DNA of 64,000 nucleotides, taken from NCBI GenBank assembly GCA_013265495.1, contig MU058065.1:5430976-5494975 (forward strand). Reading direction: 5' to 3'. Each line of letters opens with the position of its first letter. Position 1 is the first letter of the stretch. Made by a program: the position numbers and the translations under genes. Shown here one piece after another: positions 1 through 12,930 of the stretch. The stretch comes from Vicugna vicugna. Lineage: Eukaryota. The notes under the pieces were generated by a model. That model was not told the DNA's origin, did no database searches, and saw nothing but the letters and a program-made list of their open reading frames with translations.

Positions 1-124
1 ACTTTGTTTATAGACACTGAGTTTTTGAATTTAATATCGTTTTACCAATTCTTAGCTTGGGGTTGTAAAAAAACAGGTGGCCGGTCGGATACGATCCTTG
101 GGCCATAGCTGTTTCCGACCCCTG
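1..124. mobile_element. MER58B-like hAT-Charlie DNA transposon, terminal part (truncated by window edge)
   Basis: TTCTTAGCT...AAAAACAGGTGGCCGG...GGGCCATAG...CCGACCCCTG resembles the MER58 terminus ending in CCCCTG. Confidence 0.7.
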
Positions 125-206
125 CAATGGTGAACCAACCCAGGAACACTCTGCACACTCACCATCCCTACAGCTGAATCCGCAAAAAGCCCCTGCCTAT
201 GCTTCC

Positions 207-642
207 TGTAATAGTGCCTGATGGCTGCTGTAACAAATTCCACAACACAATTGATCCTCTTAGAGTTTCAGTGGTCTGAATGGAACATGAGTCTCATGGG
301 CTAAAATCAAGGTGTCAACAGGTGTGGTTCCCTCTGAAGGGTCCAGGGGAGAATTCTTTCCTTGTTTCTTCTGGCTTTCAGAGGCTATGGCATCTGTGGC
401 CATAGCCCTCCAATTTCTCTTCTGTTGTCACATCACCTTCTCTGAGTCTGACCTCCTGCCTCTCTCTTAGAAAGAACTTTGTGACTCCATTGGGCTGGAT
501 AATCCAAGATATTCCCTCCATCTCAAAAGCCATAACTTAATCCCATCTGCAAAGTCCCTTCTGTCATGGAAGGTAACGTATCTGCAGGTTCCTGAGATTC
601 GGATGTAGACATCTTGGGGGGGGCTCTTCTTCAGCCCACCCA
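207..642 (-). mobile_element. MaLR solo LTR, MLT1C/D-like
   Basis: GGCTGCTGTAACAAATT, GCTAAAATCAAGGTGTCA, ATCTGCAAAGTCCCTT...AAGGTAAC are diagnostic MLT1 blocks in reverse orientation. Confidence 0.85.
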
Positions 643-1398
643 ACTCTCAGGCTTTCACAGGGTCAGTGCATTCAAAGAGAAAGTGCCACCACTTAACATA
701 TGGACTGGTGTCCATGCAAAGAGTGTGACTTCCCTTCCTCTCCTCTGCCTACAGACCAAGAGGAAAGCTGAGGTCAATACTGTCCCAACTTCACCTCTTT
801 AACCTTGCCCTATGAATCATGACCATTAAATGAGACACTGCTCCGGGAAGTAATGCAAACGAAAATAACTCCTCCACCTGAGAAAACCCTCGCAGTATCG
901 GCCTTGTTTCCCTCTGAGTTATTTTTAGAGTTACACAAATTCTACTCAAAGGCATACTAGAGATTTGCTTTCAGCCTCTTATCTATGCCAGCACAGACAA
1001 TTGCATTATACCTAAGAGAATTAATGTGATTTAATTATATTATATTTGGTGGTAGTTTAATATCAAACTTCTTTTGTATAAGAAATTATTTCTTGTGAAG
1101 TTAAGCTCACTTATTATGCTCATTCTTTATTCATTAAACTCATTAAGATCAGTGGGAATTGCTTATAAATAACTATACTATTGATTCAAAACATAGCAGA
1201 TAAGTGAGGATATTCTAAGAGTGTGAGAGCATAATGCTTCTGAGTTATTTTCTGGGGAATTCATATATTGGGAATCTATGTGCAGCGTACTTTCCCCAAA
1301 ATAGCTGACACACCTCTTCTCTCTTCTCTTATGGAGGGTAACTGGATCATAAACAGGCTGTTATCTTTCTCAGGAATCTATTAAAAGGAGCCAAAGCC

Positions 1399-1622
1399 TG
1401 GGCCACCACATATGGTTGTACAGGTTGTTCACTGCACAAGGGCACCCACCAAAGAGAAGTGGGGCTGAAATCTGGCCCAAGCTCTGCTCCCAAACTGTAC
1501 GCCCTGGCACAGGGCTATCACATAAAGTGACTGTATGCCCAAGAGTTCATGCAGCCCCACTTTCAAGGAGGTATCTTTTTCTACTTTGCAAAGGCACTCC
1601 ATGGACCAGCAGAGGCCCTGGT
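1399..1622. mobile_element. MER91-like hAT-Tip100 DNA transposon relic
   Basis: Starts GGGCCACCACATATGGTTGTACAGGTTGTTCACTGCACAAGGGC, ends GGCCCTGG. Confidence 0.6.
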
Positions 1623-1769
1623 TGAAATCCACCTGGGAGAGCTTAAGCAAAGAGTGGAAATTTATTGCAAGGTTACAGATTCACTTCTTGGGACTCAAGA
1701 ACAAGAGGTACAGTAGCTATCAGGTGGGACTAGAACAAAAAATAGAAAGCTGTCAGGAGAGGGAGGTAA

Positions 1770-1955
1770 TAACTAAATAAATCAATATTACCAGCATGTG
1801 TAGTCCTCACAACAACCTCGTTAGATCGGAATAATTAATCTCATTCTGTAGACACAGTCTCTTGCCAAAGGTTACCCAGCTGTTAAGTGACAGGACTTCC
1901 AAATCCAGGCACATGTCCACAATGTCCTTGTGCTGTTCACTACTCTACACAGCCT
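1770..1955 (-). mobile_element. MIR SINE
   Basis: TCCTCACAACAACC...CTTGCCAAAGGTTACCCAGCTGTTAAGTG core. Confidence 0.7.
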
Positions 1956-1984
1956 CTCTCATCCTCAACAGGGGGCTGGTGTTC

Positions 1985-2357
1985 TTAGAGCTACTCACCA
2001 GTGTTTCCTGTTCCCTCCCTTCCAGATACATGGGAGAAATGTACTTCCCTTTGAAGTTAAGCATGCACCGGCAATTTGCTTTGGCCAATGAAATATAAGA
2101 AATGATCTATACAGAAGCCTGTAAGAGCCAGTGTGTAATGTGCCCTCCCCTCTTCCCACCAAGGTGACAGGAGACATTCTAGGTGGTGGTGGCTCTGTCG
2201 GCCTGCATCCCTGAGAAAGGACCATGCAGAACAGAGACCTCAGCCAATCTGCAACGGACTAGTAACTCGAGTGAAAAGTAAGCTTTGGCTAACTAAGCCA
2301 CTAAGAATTGGGCGTGTTTGTTACTGCAGTAAAACCCAGTCTATCCTGGCTGGCACA
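1985..2357 (+). mobile_element. MaLR solo LTR, MLT1H/I-like
   Basis: TGCTTTGGCCAATGAAAT and 3' end AAGCCACTAAGAATTGGG...TTTGTTACTGCAGTAAAACCCAGTCTATCCTG. Confidence 0.75.
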
Positions 2358-5329
2358 GGTGCCAAGGTCCTTTCCTCTAATTCTAGCAGCCCGTACGTAA
2401 ATCACCCCAGACATTGAGCCACACAAGTTCTTCCCTTTGCCTACATGCCCAAAACCTTGCCATCTTTCTAAGGCCAGCTAAAATCCCACCTGCCCAAAAA
2501 GCTTTCCTTCACTTCTCCAGCTGGCCTTAACTCTTTACTCTTTGTAATCACAATCATACTCACTATCAACATCATATAAATTAGAATCTGATCATACTGC
2601 GCATAACATTATTATCTCACTGTATACTGTTTTAACTTGTTTCTTTAAGACACATCTTAAGTCTCCAACTAAATAAGTCTTTTGTGGGCAGAAATCAGGC
2701 TATACATTTCTGCTGACCTCATGCAGTGCAGCCAGAATATTGATGGAATATTGGCACAGAGACCCAATAAATAGTTATGACATCAAACTGTGCCAGAAGA
2801 AGAAAAGGAGGAAGAAGCACGAGACAAAAGGATCAGCAGGTCTGACCATTCCTTCCCCTGTGGACCCTGACAGATCTGAACAGTGGAACTTTCTCCTCTA
2901 TACGGAGGAAGGAAAGAGTTAAATTTTAGTAGACTATATCCTGATACAGCTAACATTGTTGGAGGTTACATTTCTCATTAATATAAAAGAGTTAATTATA
3001 CATCTTGGAAATTGTATTCATGCCAACTCTTCTTTTAGGGTTAAGTCATGCATGATCCATTTATAGTCAGGCATTCGCCCTGACAGCGTCTGGTTCTGCA
3101 GGGCCATCTTATGCGCCTGCCCTAAGGATCCACGGGGGCTCTAGAAGCCGTTCTCCTAGTGGGACATTTTTCTGAGAAGATGACCTACACTGCAAAATAC
3201 TTTCTCAAGCCAAAGGCAGGGCATAAATATTTTATAGCATAAAGTCCATGAAAGCACATCTTCATTTCTGTAACGTCCTATCTCAGAACATATCACTGGG
3301 GGAACAGGACTTGCCTGCAAGATTCAACAGCACCGATCTGCCAGAGCTCATTAGCATGCCCTAGAGGATGGGCTCAGCAAACAATTCTAGATCCCTGCTG
3401 CTCGTGGGCTAGTTAATGTGGACTGACCACACAACGGCAACCCTTGCCACCACCTCATGAAAAAGCCACCTTGTGTGTCCACAGTGCATTGAACAAGGAA
3501 TCAGACAATATCAGCTAGAAGGAGCCTTTGGGATATCCTTTCTCTACAGATGCGGAGAGAAGGCTCAGAGAGATGATGTGAGCTGGAGTTAGGCTCAAAC
3601 TTAATCCTTCACTGTCTCTGCCCATAACCGCAAAATAAAACCTCGTGGGTAAAGTAAAAACAGAAAGCAGTCCACTGATGAGAGCTACATTGCCAACTTT
3701 GAAGTAAAGTATCGTGTCATCATTTGGGCTTTTCAGTAAGCAGTACTGTTTGTACAGATCTGTGAATAACTTCAAATTTCTCATTAATTATGTATGTTTC
3801 CACAAGTACCAAGCCTCACTGGCGTCCCTGTCTTGGTATGTTAACCTCTCTTACCATTAATCATTCGATAAGAAATTATTTCCTAGTAAGCACTCTATAA
3901 TGATGAATCAGAGGCTGCAGCTTAAATTCAGCTTTCACATCATTTTTTTTCACCTTCACTGATCTCTCGCTTTGTTCAAAACTGGTTATAACCACCCAGG
4001 TTTCTTGAATCAAGATGTCACCAAACTGTGTAATTAAATTCTAAAATAAATAGCAAGGCTTCAATGCAAAACTGACCTTTTCGATTTAGCAAGCCCTGTT
4101 CAAAGCTTCAGCAGGACAAATAGGAAATGCTTAGTTTTGAGTTGCCTGTGGTCCAACAATAGTTTTGTAATCCCTTTGTCAAGCCGAAACATACAAGGGA
4201 AGGACTCACTTTTTACTTGCTATCAGAGGTTTCTTTTATGCTTTCTCACCAAGGACTGCAGATTGGACGGAATCACTATATAACCCTGTTTTTAAATGTT
4301 CTTTCAAATGTGGTTTGAATTGTTCAGAGAGAAGAGAAATGGGTGGCCCCTTTAGTGGAAAGTGTCGGCAGTACACTATTAAAAGGAAAGCTGGGATCAT
4401 GGTGCATCTCAGCAACAGCATTGCTGCCATTGGAAGGAGGAGTGATCGAGTGATAAACAAGTAACTGTCTGAGAAATCCTAATTAAAAAAAAATAATAAG
4501 TTTAGCATTCAGCTGAAAATATTTTTGAGCTGGTAATCACCCACCCAATGCAGCCTCTTCTAACCTCCCACTAAAAGACTATAACGGCACTGGGAAACAT
4601 TAAAATTCCCAACAGCAAAAACCAACACGAAGGTCAATCTAATTCCAGAATCCAGAAAGAAGCTCCGCTGTGTATTAAATGGGACTAAACTAGATACCCA
4701 AATTTCACTTTGCATCATCTCCAGGATCCACCTCCACAAAACAAGAAGTTTTAGAGATTAGAAGGGAGGGACCGCCAGAAAAGGTATAAGGCTATACTTA
4801 CTACCTCCTCCCTGACCCCTAATCTGGAAATCAAGGGTATGTATTAACTAGAAAACTGTTTAGATGCTGCTCCTTCATAGAGCCACAGTGCAGCCTTCCC
4901 ACAACTTCCTATATTCCCTTCAGAAACAGTGACTCTCTATATCCCCCACTTCCCCAAAAATAATACTGAATAGGTATCTGTGGAGCACTGCATCCTGGGA
5001 AATGTAGTCTCCACAGAGAATTGAGTGCTTTGTGGGAAGAGAGGGCAGAGACAAGAGGAACCTTGTGGGGCATTCGGGGAATTGTAGTTTTCTTTATGCC
5101 GCTCCTGTTTAAAAGTGCCAATGAACTGAGGGGTGAACTCAGAATCTCCAGAGTTGATGTGCCTATGAGATAAGGGGATTTGCGCTAGAGTTGTACCCTT
5201 CAGAGTGCCCCCACTCTGAAGAAATGAGGAGCGTTAACCATCTGACAGATAGACAGAAGAAAGGGCCAAGCGCAGGTAAATTGATTAACACTGCCATCTA
5301 GCAAACTCTGAGTCTATATAGATCTTGCC

Positions 5330-6970
5330 TCATTCAAAGAAGAAAGACAACACACAGCATAAGGTCTGTGGGCAAATGCAGCCAGACAAGAAAAGGGCGA
5401 AAGCATCTTGAAGACTAAGAGGCAGAACCTACTTCTAAAAATGTTTTGCCTAAGGATACAGAGGAAAGAAAAGATGAAACTCAAAAGAATACAAGATGAG
5501 GCCTCTATTAGAAAGACAACATACAAATAAGACAGCAGAACAACATGAAGAGAAAGACGGGTAAGGTAAGGAAAGACTGCAGGAAAACAAAAATGATAAT
5601 ATGTCCACAGTGACAGGGATAAAGAGTAGAAATAATAAAATTTGAAGTCAAGTCAATGAATCACGGGATTAACTTGAGATGCTTTGTCGGAATGCAGTGA
5701 AACAGAGGAAAACAATGAGAGTTAAAATTAAAAAAAAGTGGAAGAAGGAAAAAAAAGAATGAACAGCAAAAACTGGGGTAGTGTTTCTGAAGAAAATATT
5801 AGAATAATTAACACAAAAGCAATAATAAAAGGTAAAGGAAACTACCTTATGCTGAAGAAATAGAGATACACTATATTCCATTTGAAAGGGTTCATCATGA
5901 TTTCGAAAAAAAAAATCAATGAAAAGGGATCTTTCACTTAGATTAATTTTTGCAATTTTTAAAAAGTAGACAAATGAAGAAAACATCCTTTAAACATTCA
6001 AATAGGAAACAATAGGTTGTCTGTAAAAAAAAAAAAAAGAGTCAGCCTCAGACTTCCCTTCTATAACACAATGGCCAAAAATAATTAAATAGGATCTACA
6101 AAGTTCTAAGGGGAAACTTGTCTTTTTCGTGTAAACACAACATAAAATTATTGTCATAAAGATTTACTCATCTATCTTTCCTTTAAAAAAATTACTTCAT
6201 GTAATTCAATCAACCGAGTGATTACACAAAATTAAGATTTTTAAAAATGAAGATGTCAAGATATAAAAGAACTGATGATATACACTAAGTTAACCATAGA
6301 GATAAATCTAAATAATTGTAAACTGATTGTAAGCCAAATACAACTGTCAAAATTTATTCTTGAAAGAAAAACTCTATAAAGTAAAAAAAAAAAGATTACA
6401 ATTATTGGGATTTAAAACCCAGTAATACAAGCAAAGTTAAAGAAGAAAGAGAGGAGAAAGTAAAATTGTGCTAAATTTCTTATCTTATTTAGGAATGATT
6501 CAAAGATACTGGTTTGGCTGGATTTTTACAACTAAAGAAATATGGTTTAAAGGATGTTTTTTAAGAACTTAAAATTACTCACTAATAGAATGGAGAAGAG
6601 GATACATACCTGAAAAAGATAAAACACGTAGCATTCAGCAATTACTGTAAGCAATCCAAATACCCATCCATGGGATGTTGATTAAATCAACTATTATTAC
6701 AAAACCATATAAGAGAATGAAATACAGCCATCACAAAAATCACATCACAGAATATTTCATCTTGAGAAAGAAACTGCAGAGAGTATTGGAAGTAGAAGAG
6801 AAATTTCAAAAAGTTTGTGCCCTGTAATCCCAATTTTGAAAAGCATAACTTTTTTACACATTATGTATTTTAGAGCATTAGAGAAATACAAACAGAAAAA
6901 AAAGACCAAAAGTTATACACCATCAGGTTAATGGTGATTATCTCTGGGTTGAAAATGAGAATTTTATTTT
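5330..6970 (+). mobile_element. Highly decayed old L1 (L1M/L1ME) ORF1-region and 3' fragments
   Basis: Strongly A-rich + strand with L1 ORF1-like remnants (CAGCCTCAGACTTC...ACAATGG) and an L1ME-type 3' UTR (GTTAATGGTGATTATCTCTGGG). Confidence 0.6.
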
Positions 6971-7065
6971 CTTTCATTTGCTGTTATTATATAGGTAGAG
7001 TTTATGCCAAAAGACACTTAAAAAATACAAACATCATAAATATAAATCAATTTCATGCTATATAT

Positions 7066-7240
7066 GAAGCCAGCAATTTTTTCCTGTAAAGGGCCAAGTA
7101 GTAAATGTTAGGCTTTGTAGTTTATCCGCCTCTGTTGCAACAATTCAATTCTGATACTGTACTGCAAAAGCAGCCAAATAATATGTAAACAAATGAGCAT
7201 GACTGTGTCCCAATGGGTCCCAAGTTTTCCAATCCTATTA
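7066..7240. mobile_element. MER58A-like hAT DNA transposon
   Basis: TTTTTCCTGTAAAGGGCCAAGTAGTAAAT...AAAGCAGCC...GTAAACAAATGAGCATGACTGTGT. Confidence 0.8.
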
Positions 7241-7364
7241 TATACTGATATCTGACATGGAAGTTTTAGCAATTACTTGTGTACTATTTTTTTGTTTTCT
7301 GTAGTTTTTCAGATAAATGGCATGTCATGGACACATGGACACATGTTTAGATATTGGACAAGTT

Positions 7365-7552
7365 CTACAGTCCAACAGAGGTTTCTGTGATGATGGAAAT
7401 GTTCTCTGTGTCATAGAGGAGCCACTAGCCACAGGTAGGGTTGAGCACATGAAATGAGGCTGGTGCAACTGAGGGAGTTGATTTTTAAATTTTGTTTTAT
7501 TTTTGTTAATTTAAATTTAAATAGTCACATGTAAACCACACCAGACAGTGCC
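7365..7552. mobile_element. MER3 hAT-Charlie DNA transposon
   Basis: TTCTGTGATGATGGAAATGTTCT...AGCCACTAGCCAC...AATTTAAATTTAAATAGTCACATG. Confidence 0.85.
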
Positions 7553-8269
7553 GGTCTAGAGCACAGGCTACTGTCTGTGCTTTCCATCAGCCACATCTCA
7601 GAGAGTTCAACTATTTATCACTCTGCTCTCCTGCTAGAAAACAGAAGCTCAGGCTCATTGCTTCTCAATTCTTATCAAATATCCCTTGTAAGCACGCTCA
7701 TCAGGAGGACTGCCTGAAGGACACACTTAGCTACGGCCTTACTCACATATCCAGAAGCATTCACACAGCTCCTTCTAGGCAGAAGTTATGTCAGGCTCTG
7801 GGGAAACCGTGGTGAGTGAAACAGACAAGGTCCCTATCCTCACATTTTATTCCACAAATGATTCAAAGATGCTGAAACACATATAACAATACAAAGGAAT
7901 AAAAATGAGCATGAGATCCAAATATATACTGCTTTATAGGGGAAACAACTTAAATGTAAGAGTTGTAAGAAGCTGGAAGGAAAGGAAGGAAAAGGGGGCC
8001 CAGTGAAGACCTCAGGGAGTGGTGGGGTCTGTGGAACTGGAGAACGTTGCCTGAAGGGGCCAAAGTCAAGTACATGTTCTTAACACTCTGTAGGCCAAGC
8101 AAAACCCATCTGCAGGCAAGAGCCAGCCCACACGGCCACATAGTAAGCAACTAAATGTCACTTTATGTAGAACCCAGAGGAGAAATTTCTATCCTGAAAA
8201 ACTGAGTTTCCACTCAGCTGATATTGGGAGATAGCTGTTTTTATCTTATGGAAACTGTGAAGCTTTTCT

Positions 8270-9505
8270 TAACTACAATTTACATCATACTTAAATTAAT
8301 GCAAAGATTAAAGGGTGTAGTTTGATGAGTTTTACAGATGGATATACCCATTGAACCACCACCCAACTGGGATTTAGAACAGGAGTTGCAAACTATGACC
8401 AGTGGGCCAAATCTGGCCTGCTGCCTGTTTTTGTATGGCCAGCAAGCCACATGGTTTTTATATTTCCACGTGTTTGAAAAAAAAATTGTTTAAGAATAAT
8501 ATTTCTTGACATATGAAATAGCTATGAAATAAATTCAGATTTCAATGTCCACAAATAAAATTTTATTGGCAGGCAGCCAGGCTCATTCATTTACATATTG
8601 TCTATGGCTGCTTTTGTGTTACCAAGGCCCAGCTAAGTAGTTGTAACCCAGACCATATGATGGGATGGGAAAAGCCTGAAATATTTACTGGCTGATCCTT
8701 AGCAGAAAAAGTTTGCCAATCCCTGGTTTAGAACACCATCACAACACAAAATCCTCTCCTGTCCCCTTGCAAAAGTAAATTCTCCACACTCTACACCCAT
8801 TCCAGGTAATCACTGATCTGATTTCTATCATTATAGATTAAATTTACCTGTTCTAGAACTTCCTATAAATGAAATCATATTATATATATATATGATATCC
8901 TTTTTATACATACGATTATATATATTATATATGATATCTATCTATCTATAGATCACATATCTCAAAGGATAGAGAGAGAGATCCCTTTTGTCTGGTTTCT
9001 ATCTCTCAGTATAATGTCCATGAAACATATCCAGATTGTGGCATGCACCAGCAATTTGTTCGCTTTTATTACTGAGTAGTATTTCACTGTATGAACATCC
9101 CACAGTATGTTAATCCATTCACCCACTGACAAACAATTAAGTTGTTTCCAGTTCTTAGCCTTGATGGCTAAAGTTGCTGCTACCATTCATGTACAAGCCT
9201 TGGGTGTACAAGTCAGGTGCAAGTCTCAGCCAAATACTTAGTGGGATTGTTGGGTTATAAGACAGTGAATGCTTTACTTCATAAGAAGCTACCAAAATTC
9301 TTGACAGGAATATATTAGAGTTCAAGTTTCATTACATCCTTGTTAGCAGTTGATATCGTCAGGTTTCTTTCATTCAAATCCACTTCCTGGGTATGATGTG
9401 ATATCTTATTGCGGGTTTGATTTGTATTTCCCTGATGACTAATGACATTAAGCATCTTTCAATGTGTTTATTAGCCATTCATATGTTTTCTCTTGTGAAA
9501 TACCT
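8270..9505 (-). mobile_element. Old L1 (L1MC/L1ME) 3' end, interrupted by MER58B
   Basis: Reverse-strand L1 3' UTR/ORF2 end; minus ORF 8962-9186 translates as a degenerate ORF2 C-terminus (KNWKQLNCLSVGEWINILW). Confidence 0.85.
8380..8725. mobile_element. MER58B hAT DNA transposon, full length, inserted into L1
   Basis: CAGG...CCCTG termini; 8-bp TSD ATTTAGAA (8372-8379) / GTTTAGAA (8726-8733), the typical hAT-Charlie length. Confidence 0.9.
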
Positions 9506-10184
9506 AAAACTGTGAACATTAATAACTATTCCTATTTTCCTATTTGCTTTGGCTACTTGGAGCTTAGAGTTCAATGTAACAACTTAGCTTAGAGGGTGAA
9601 ATATAACAATGATACAGGACCTCTTGGCCTTTGAGGACTCCAACCTAAATCTTGATTTTGTCATTTGTTTTTCCCCTTATTTCCTTTCCCTCCAAATTTC
9701 TTCAAATGCTAATCTTTATCCTTTGTTCTCCAATGCTTTAGTATGACTTAAATCCTACTTTGGAATGAGGCAGGTGACAACCAAGTGGAAAAAAGATGAA
9801 ACTGGCTGACTTGCCTTTTAGGAGACAGGAACTGTGTGGGGCACTGGGAATACAGAGAAGAACATGTTCCTGTCCTCCAGGAACTCTTAGGGAAGGGAAG
9901 CCAGTGATGAGAAGACAAGACAGCAAATACAGCCAGAGAGGGTTGGGGGAGCAGGGAACTTCCTGGAGAAGATGATTCTTGACTGAACGTTGACTGAAGA
10001 ATGAGTCAGTCTTGCCCAGAAAGAGAAGAAGCCCTAGGGTTGTGGCGAGGTGTATATGGAAAAGAGAATATTTTAGAACAAAGGACTACTGAAAGGAAGA
10101 GTGCATGGTGCGTTCTGGGAACTCAGAGAATTTAACACAGCTGGAACTTGAGATGGGGAAGGCTGGGGAAGTGGAGGGCACTCC

Positions 10185-10351
10185 TGTGACCTTCTAATAT
10201 CTCAAGGACCAAAGCAAGTCACGTGGCCAGACCAAAGGCAAAGGCAGGGAAACATCACTCCTCTGTAGTGGCAGGAATTGTCAAGTCACCATTGTAAAGG
10301 ATGTGACCACAGGGAGCGTGCAGATGGGGGCCATTCATGCAATTTACCACA
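10185..10351 (-). mobile_element. MLT1-type MaLR LTR fragment
   Basis: CCAAAGCAAGTCACGTGGCCA...GCAATTTACCACA. Confidence 0.6.
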
Positions 10352-11921
10352 GCAACATTCCATGAAGAAGTGATAAGCACCTAAAGCAAAAAGACTTCTG
10401 AACCACATGTGCCCGCCTGGGTGCTGTGCTGTCATACCTCTGATACGATATGATAGTTCAGGAAAATATGAGAGCAGCACAGAATATCTAGACTGCTGAG
10501 AACTCCATCTTTAAATGGCTACCACTCAGGTACTACCAGTCCTGGAGCGCCAGTGAACTGCAGTCTCACCTAACAAACTGAAATCTACCAAACCATGGCG
10601 GAAATCACACTGTTCTCTAGATTGGATTTTTGAATTTAGAACGAAAACAGAGACTCCGCCTCAAAAATCCACGTCAGCAGTCATTCCACTGCCCAATTAT
10701 CATTAAGCGTGTGATTATAACCATCGGATAATTAAACTACAAACGGGCACTAATGCAATTGCTTTGTTAAAAACCATTCCTGAGCACCAAACTCATCCCA
10801 GTACTAGTTAACTGTTATGCTAATGTCTGGGCACATGTGACTAATAATGAAATGAGTTATAACTGTGTGTTTGGATCACATTACATTGCTTCAAGTGTAT
10901 CATAATATTTTATGGCTTAATGGAGAATTGGGCTTATAGCAATACAGGAAAAATAAATCTCAGCCAATCATCATCCATTTAAAAAAAAAGTCTACCTTCA
11001 GCAGCCGACAAGATTTTAACCATCAATAACAATTACCCTGAAACCTTCCTGACACAATAGGTAGATATTTAATATCAATAACATAAAATACACCCCTCAC
11101 TAATGGAGATATATTAAGATATTGATTCGTTATGCAAGAAAGTTTATGCTTATTCCAGTCCCACTAGTAATTATGAGCAGGCTATTGACTAGTCCTTGAA
11201 CCACATCTTTTAGTCCATTTCCCTTTCTCCACCCAAGAGTACACTTGGCTGGCAGATAATCAGAACAAACAGACGTTCCTGGAAAATGCAAACCATATGT
11301 GCAACACCAGGCAGCAAGCACTTACTGAACGCCTACTAGGTGCACTCCACTGTGTGGGCGGCTGCCAAGACCACGTGGCTGAAAGGCACAGACACTTTGC
11401 TTGAGATGCTTACAGTCTCATGGGGGAGACAGACAGCACACAGAACACATCATGGGAAAAGATGAGTCTGGGGGCATGGCGAGAGGCAGCTGAGCCAGAG
11501 AGTGGGGAGTTGGACCAGCAACTAATGACTGTAACATAAGTCAGAGGAAGCAGAAGCGGGGCTGGGAGGAAGCGGGGGAGCTGGAGCCCTGCCTCCAAGC
11601 ATGATGCCATTTCAACATTTTTCTTAAGTTAATGTGTAGACATGACAGTTGCTAGGACTCTAAAGGGGGAGAAATGTAAAGGGTGTAATGGGAAAGCAAA
11701 ACCTGGAGGTGCGTACAAAGACAGCACAAGACTGGAAGCTGCCCATCCGGTTCACTAAGCTGACCCAGGGCATTGTCTGCCCCAGCCCGGCTCCCCACAA
11801 GGACCCTGAGGCCTGGGGATGCCTCTCTCAAGGTGGATGTCAGTCTCGTAAAGGAAGTGCAAGTGTTCTAGGGCTTGAAACGTGAAAGTTCTTCCCAGGG
11901 AGTCGGGGAGATACAGGTGAT

Positions 11922-11964
11922 CATTCTCTCTCTCTCCCACCTCACTCTCTCTCTCTCTCTCTCT
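11922..11964. repeat. (CT)n microsatellite, interrupted
   Basis: CTCTCT runs seen directly. Confidence 0.85.
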
Positions 11965-12003
11965 GGTGGAAACTTGCCAGCCTTTTAGCTTCCATGCCTA
12001 TAC

Positions 12004-12269
12004 CTAGAGGCGGTGGTCCCTGTCCCTACATAGTCCTGGATCCCTGTCTCCTGCAAGTGTGGTGAGCAGAGTGGTCTGGAGGGGTCGCAGGACTGGCCAG
12101 AGTTATCACTTTCCGGCCCAAGCATCCTATCAAACAGCCATTCCGGACGCCATGAATTGCCAAATCCATTTGGGTAGCAGGAAACCAAATGGTGATGGTG
12201 CCACTCAGCTCTGCTAGGTTTTCCAAGAATGAAGCTCATTTGCAGTGCAAAGCAACGGGAAGAGAACAT
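12004..12269 (-). CDS. Candidate coding portion of an (alternative) first exon, unknown gene
   Basis: Repeat-free open frame with in-frame ATGs at 12359/12269/12239/12125 (MFSSRCFALQMSFILGKPSRAEWHHHHLVSCYPNGF...TTASR); weak donor TAG|GTATAG at 12004/12003; promoter-like motifs upstream. No homology recognised. Confidence 0.25.
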
Positions 12270-12729
12270 TCTTTTAGCATTGAAGACATGTGCCAATTCC
12301 CCAAGCAATGGGAAATGGCAAAGACTGATGTTTTGATGTTGTTGGTTTTTTAAAAGCATTTTTTAAAAATAGAAGAGTCCCTTTTTTTTTCCACATTCCC
12401 TTCAATGGTCCAGAGGTAAATGGAGTGAAAGAAAGAAGCCCCTTTTTAAATATGATCTGCTTTCTTGTGTGCAGTTTGTTTAGAATGCCAATGCCTGCAG
12501 GTTATTGGGGAATTCGGGTGAGAGAATTTCCTTCGTTTGAAATCAAAAAACAAGAGAACTAGACCTCAAGGCCATTTCTGCCTTGAAACTCTTCCTCGAA
12601 CATGGTGTTTCACAATTACAGTACAACGATTAACAAAGAATGATTTTCTTTCAACTAGGAGTAGAAATGAAACACAGACACCCTGCCGGTCACTCCTGGT
12701 GTCAAAACTGCTGCAAAGCGAATAACAAA

Positions 12730-12930
12730 GCACCGGCAGCTGACTCTGGTTTTCCTATCAGCGCCAGCCAACAAGGAGTTTATATACAACAGTTTGTATA
12801 AAACTGTATTTTCTACCTTGATGCCCGGGGGGTGGGGGGATCTTTGCCTCCCTACACGGGTTAGGAGAGCATTGCCTACACAGAGAAGGTAACGCCAATT
12901 AGAAAAAGGTAACCAAACTCCGGAAAGCTC
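12730..12930 (-). promoter_or_regulatory. Candidate TATA-containing core promoter (minus strand)
   Basis: TATATAAA on minus strand (12779-12786), GGGGGGTGGGGGG KLF/SP box (12827-12839), CCAAT (12895-12899), ETS core CCGGAA (12920-12925), E-box CAGCTG (12737-12742). Confidence 0.4.

Noticed and set aside
5669..5986. Hydrophobic Phe-rich ORFs (also 19288-19881, 22430-22636, 33643-33903)
   Set aside because: Antisense translations of A-rich sequence (mostly L1), a known artefact
8875..8960. AT-rich palindromic patch (ATCATAT...ATATGAT)
   Set aside because: Ordinary (TA)n/(TATC)n slippage expansion inside an L1 3' UTR
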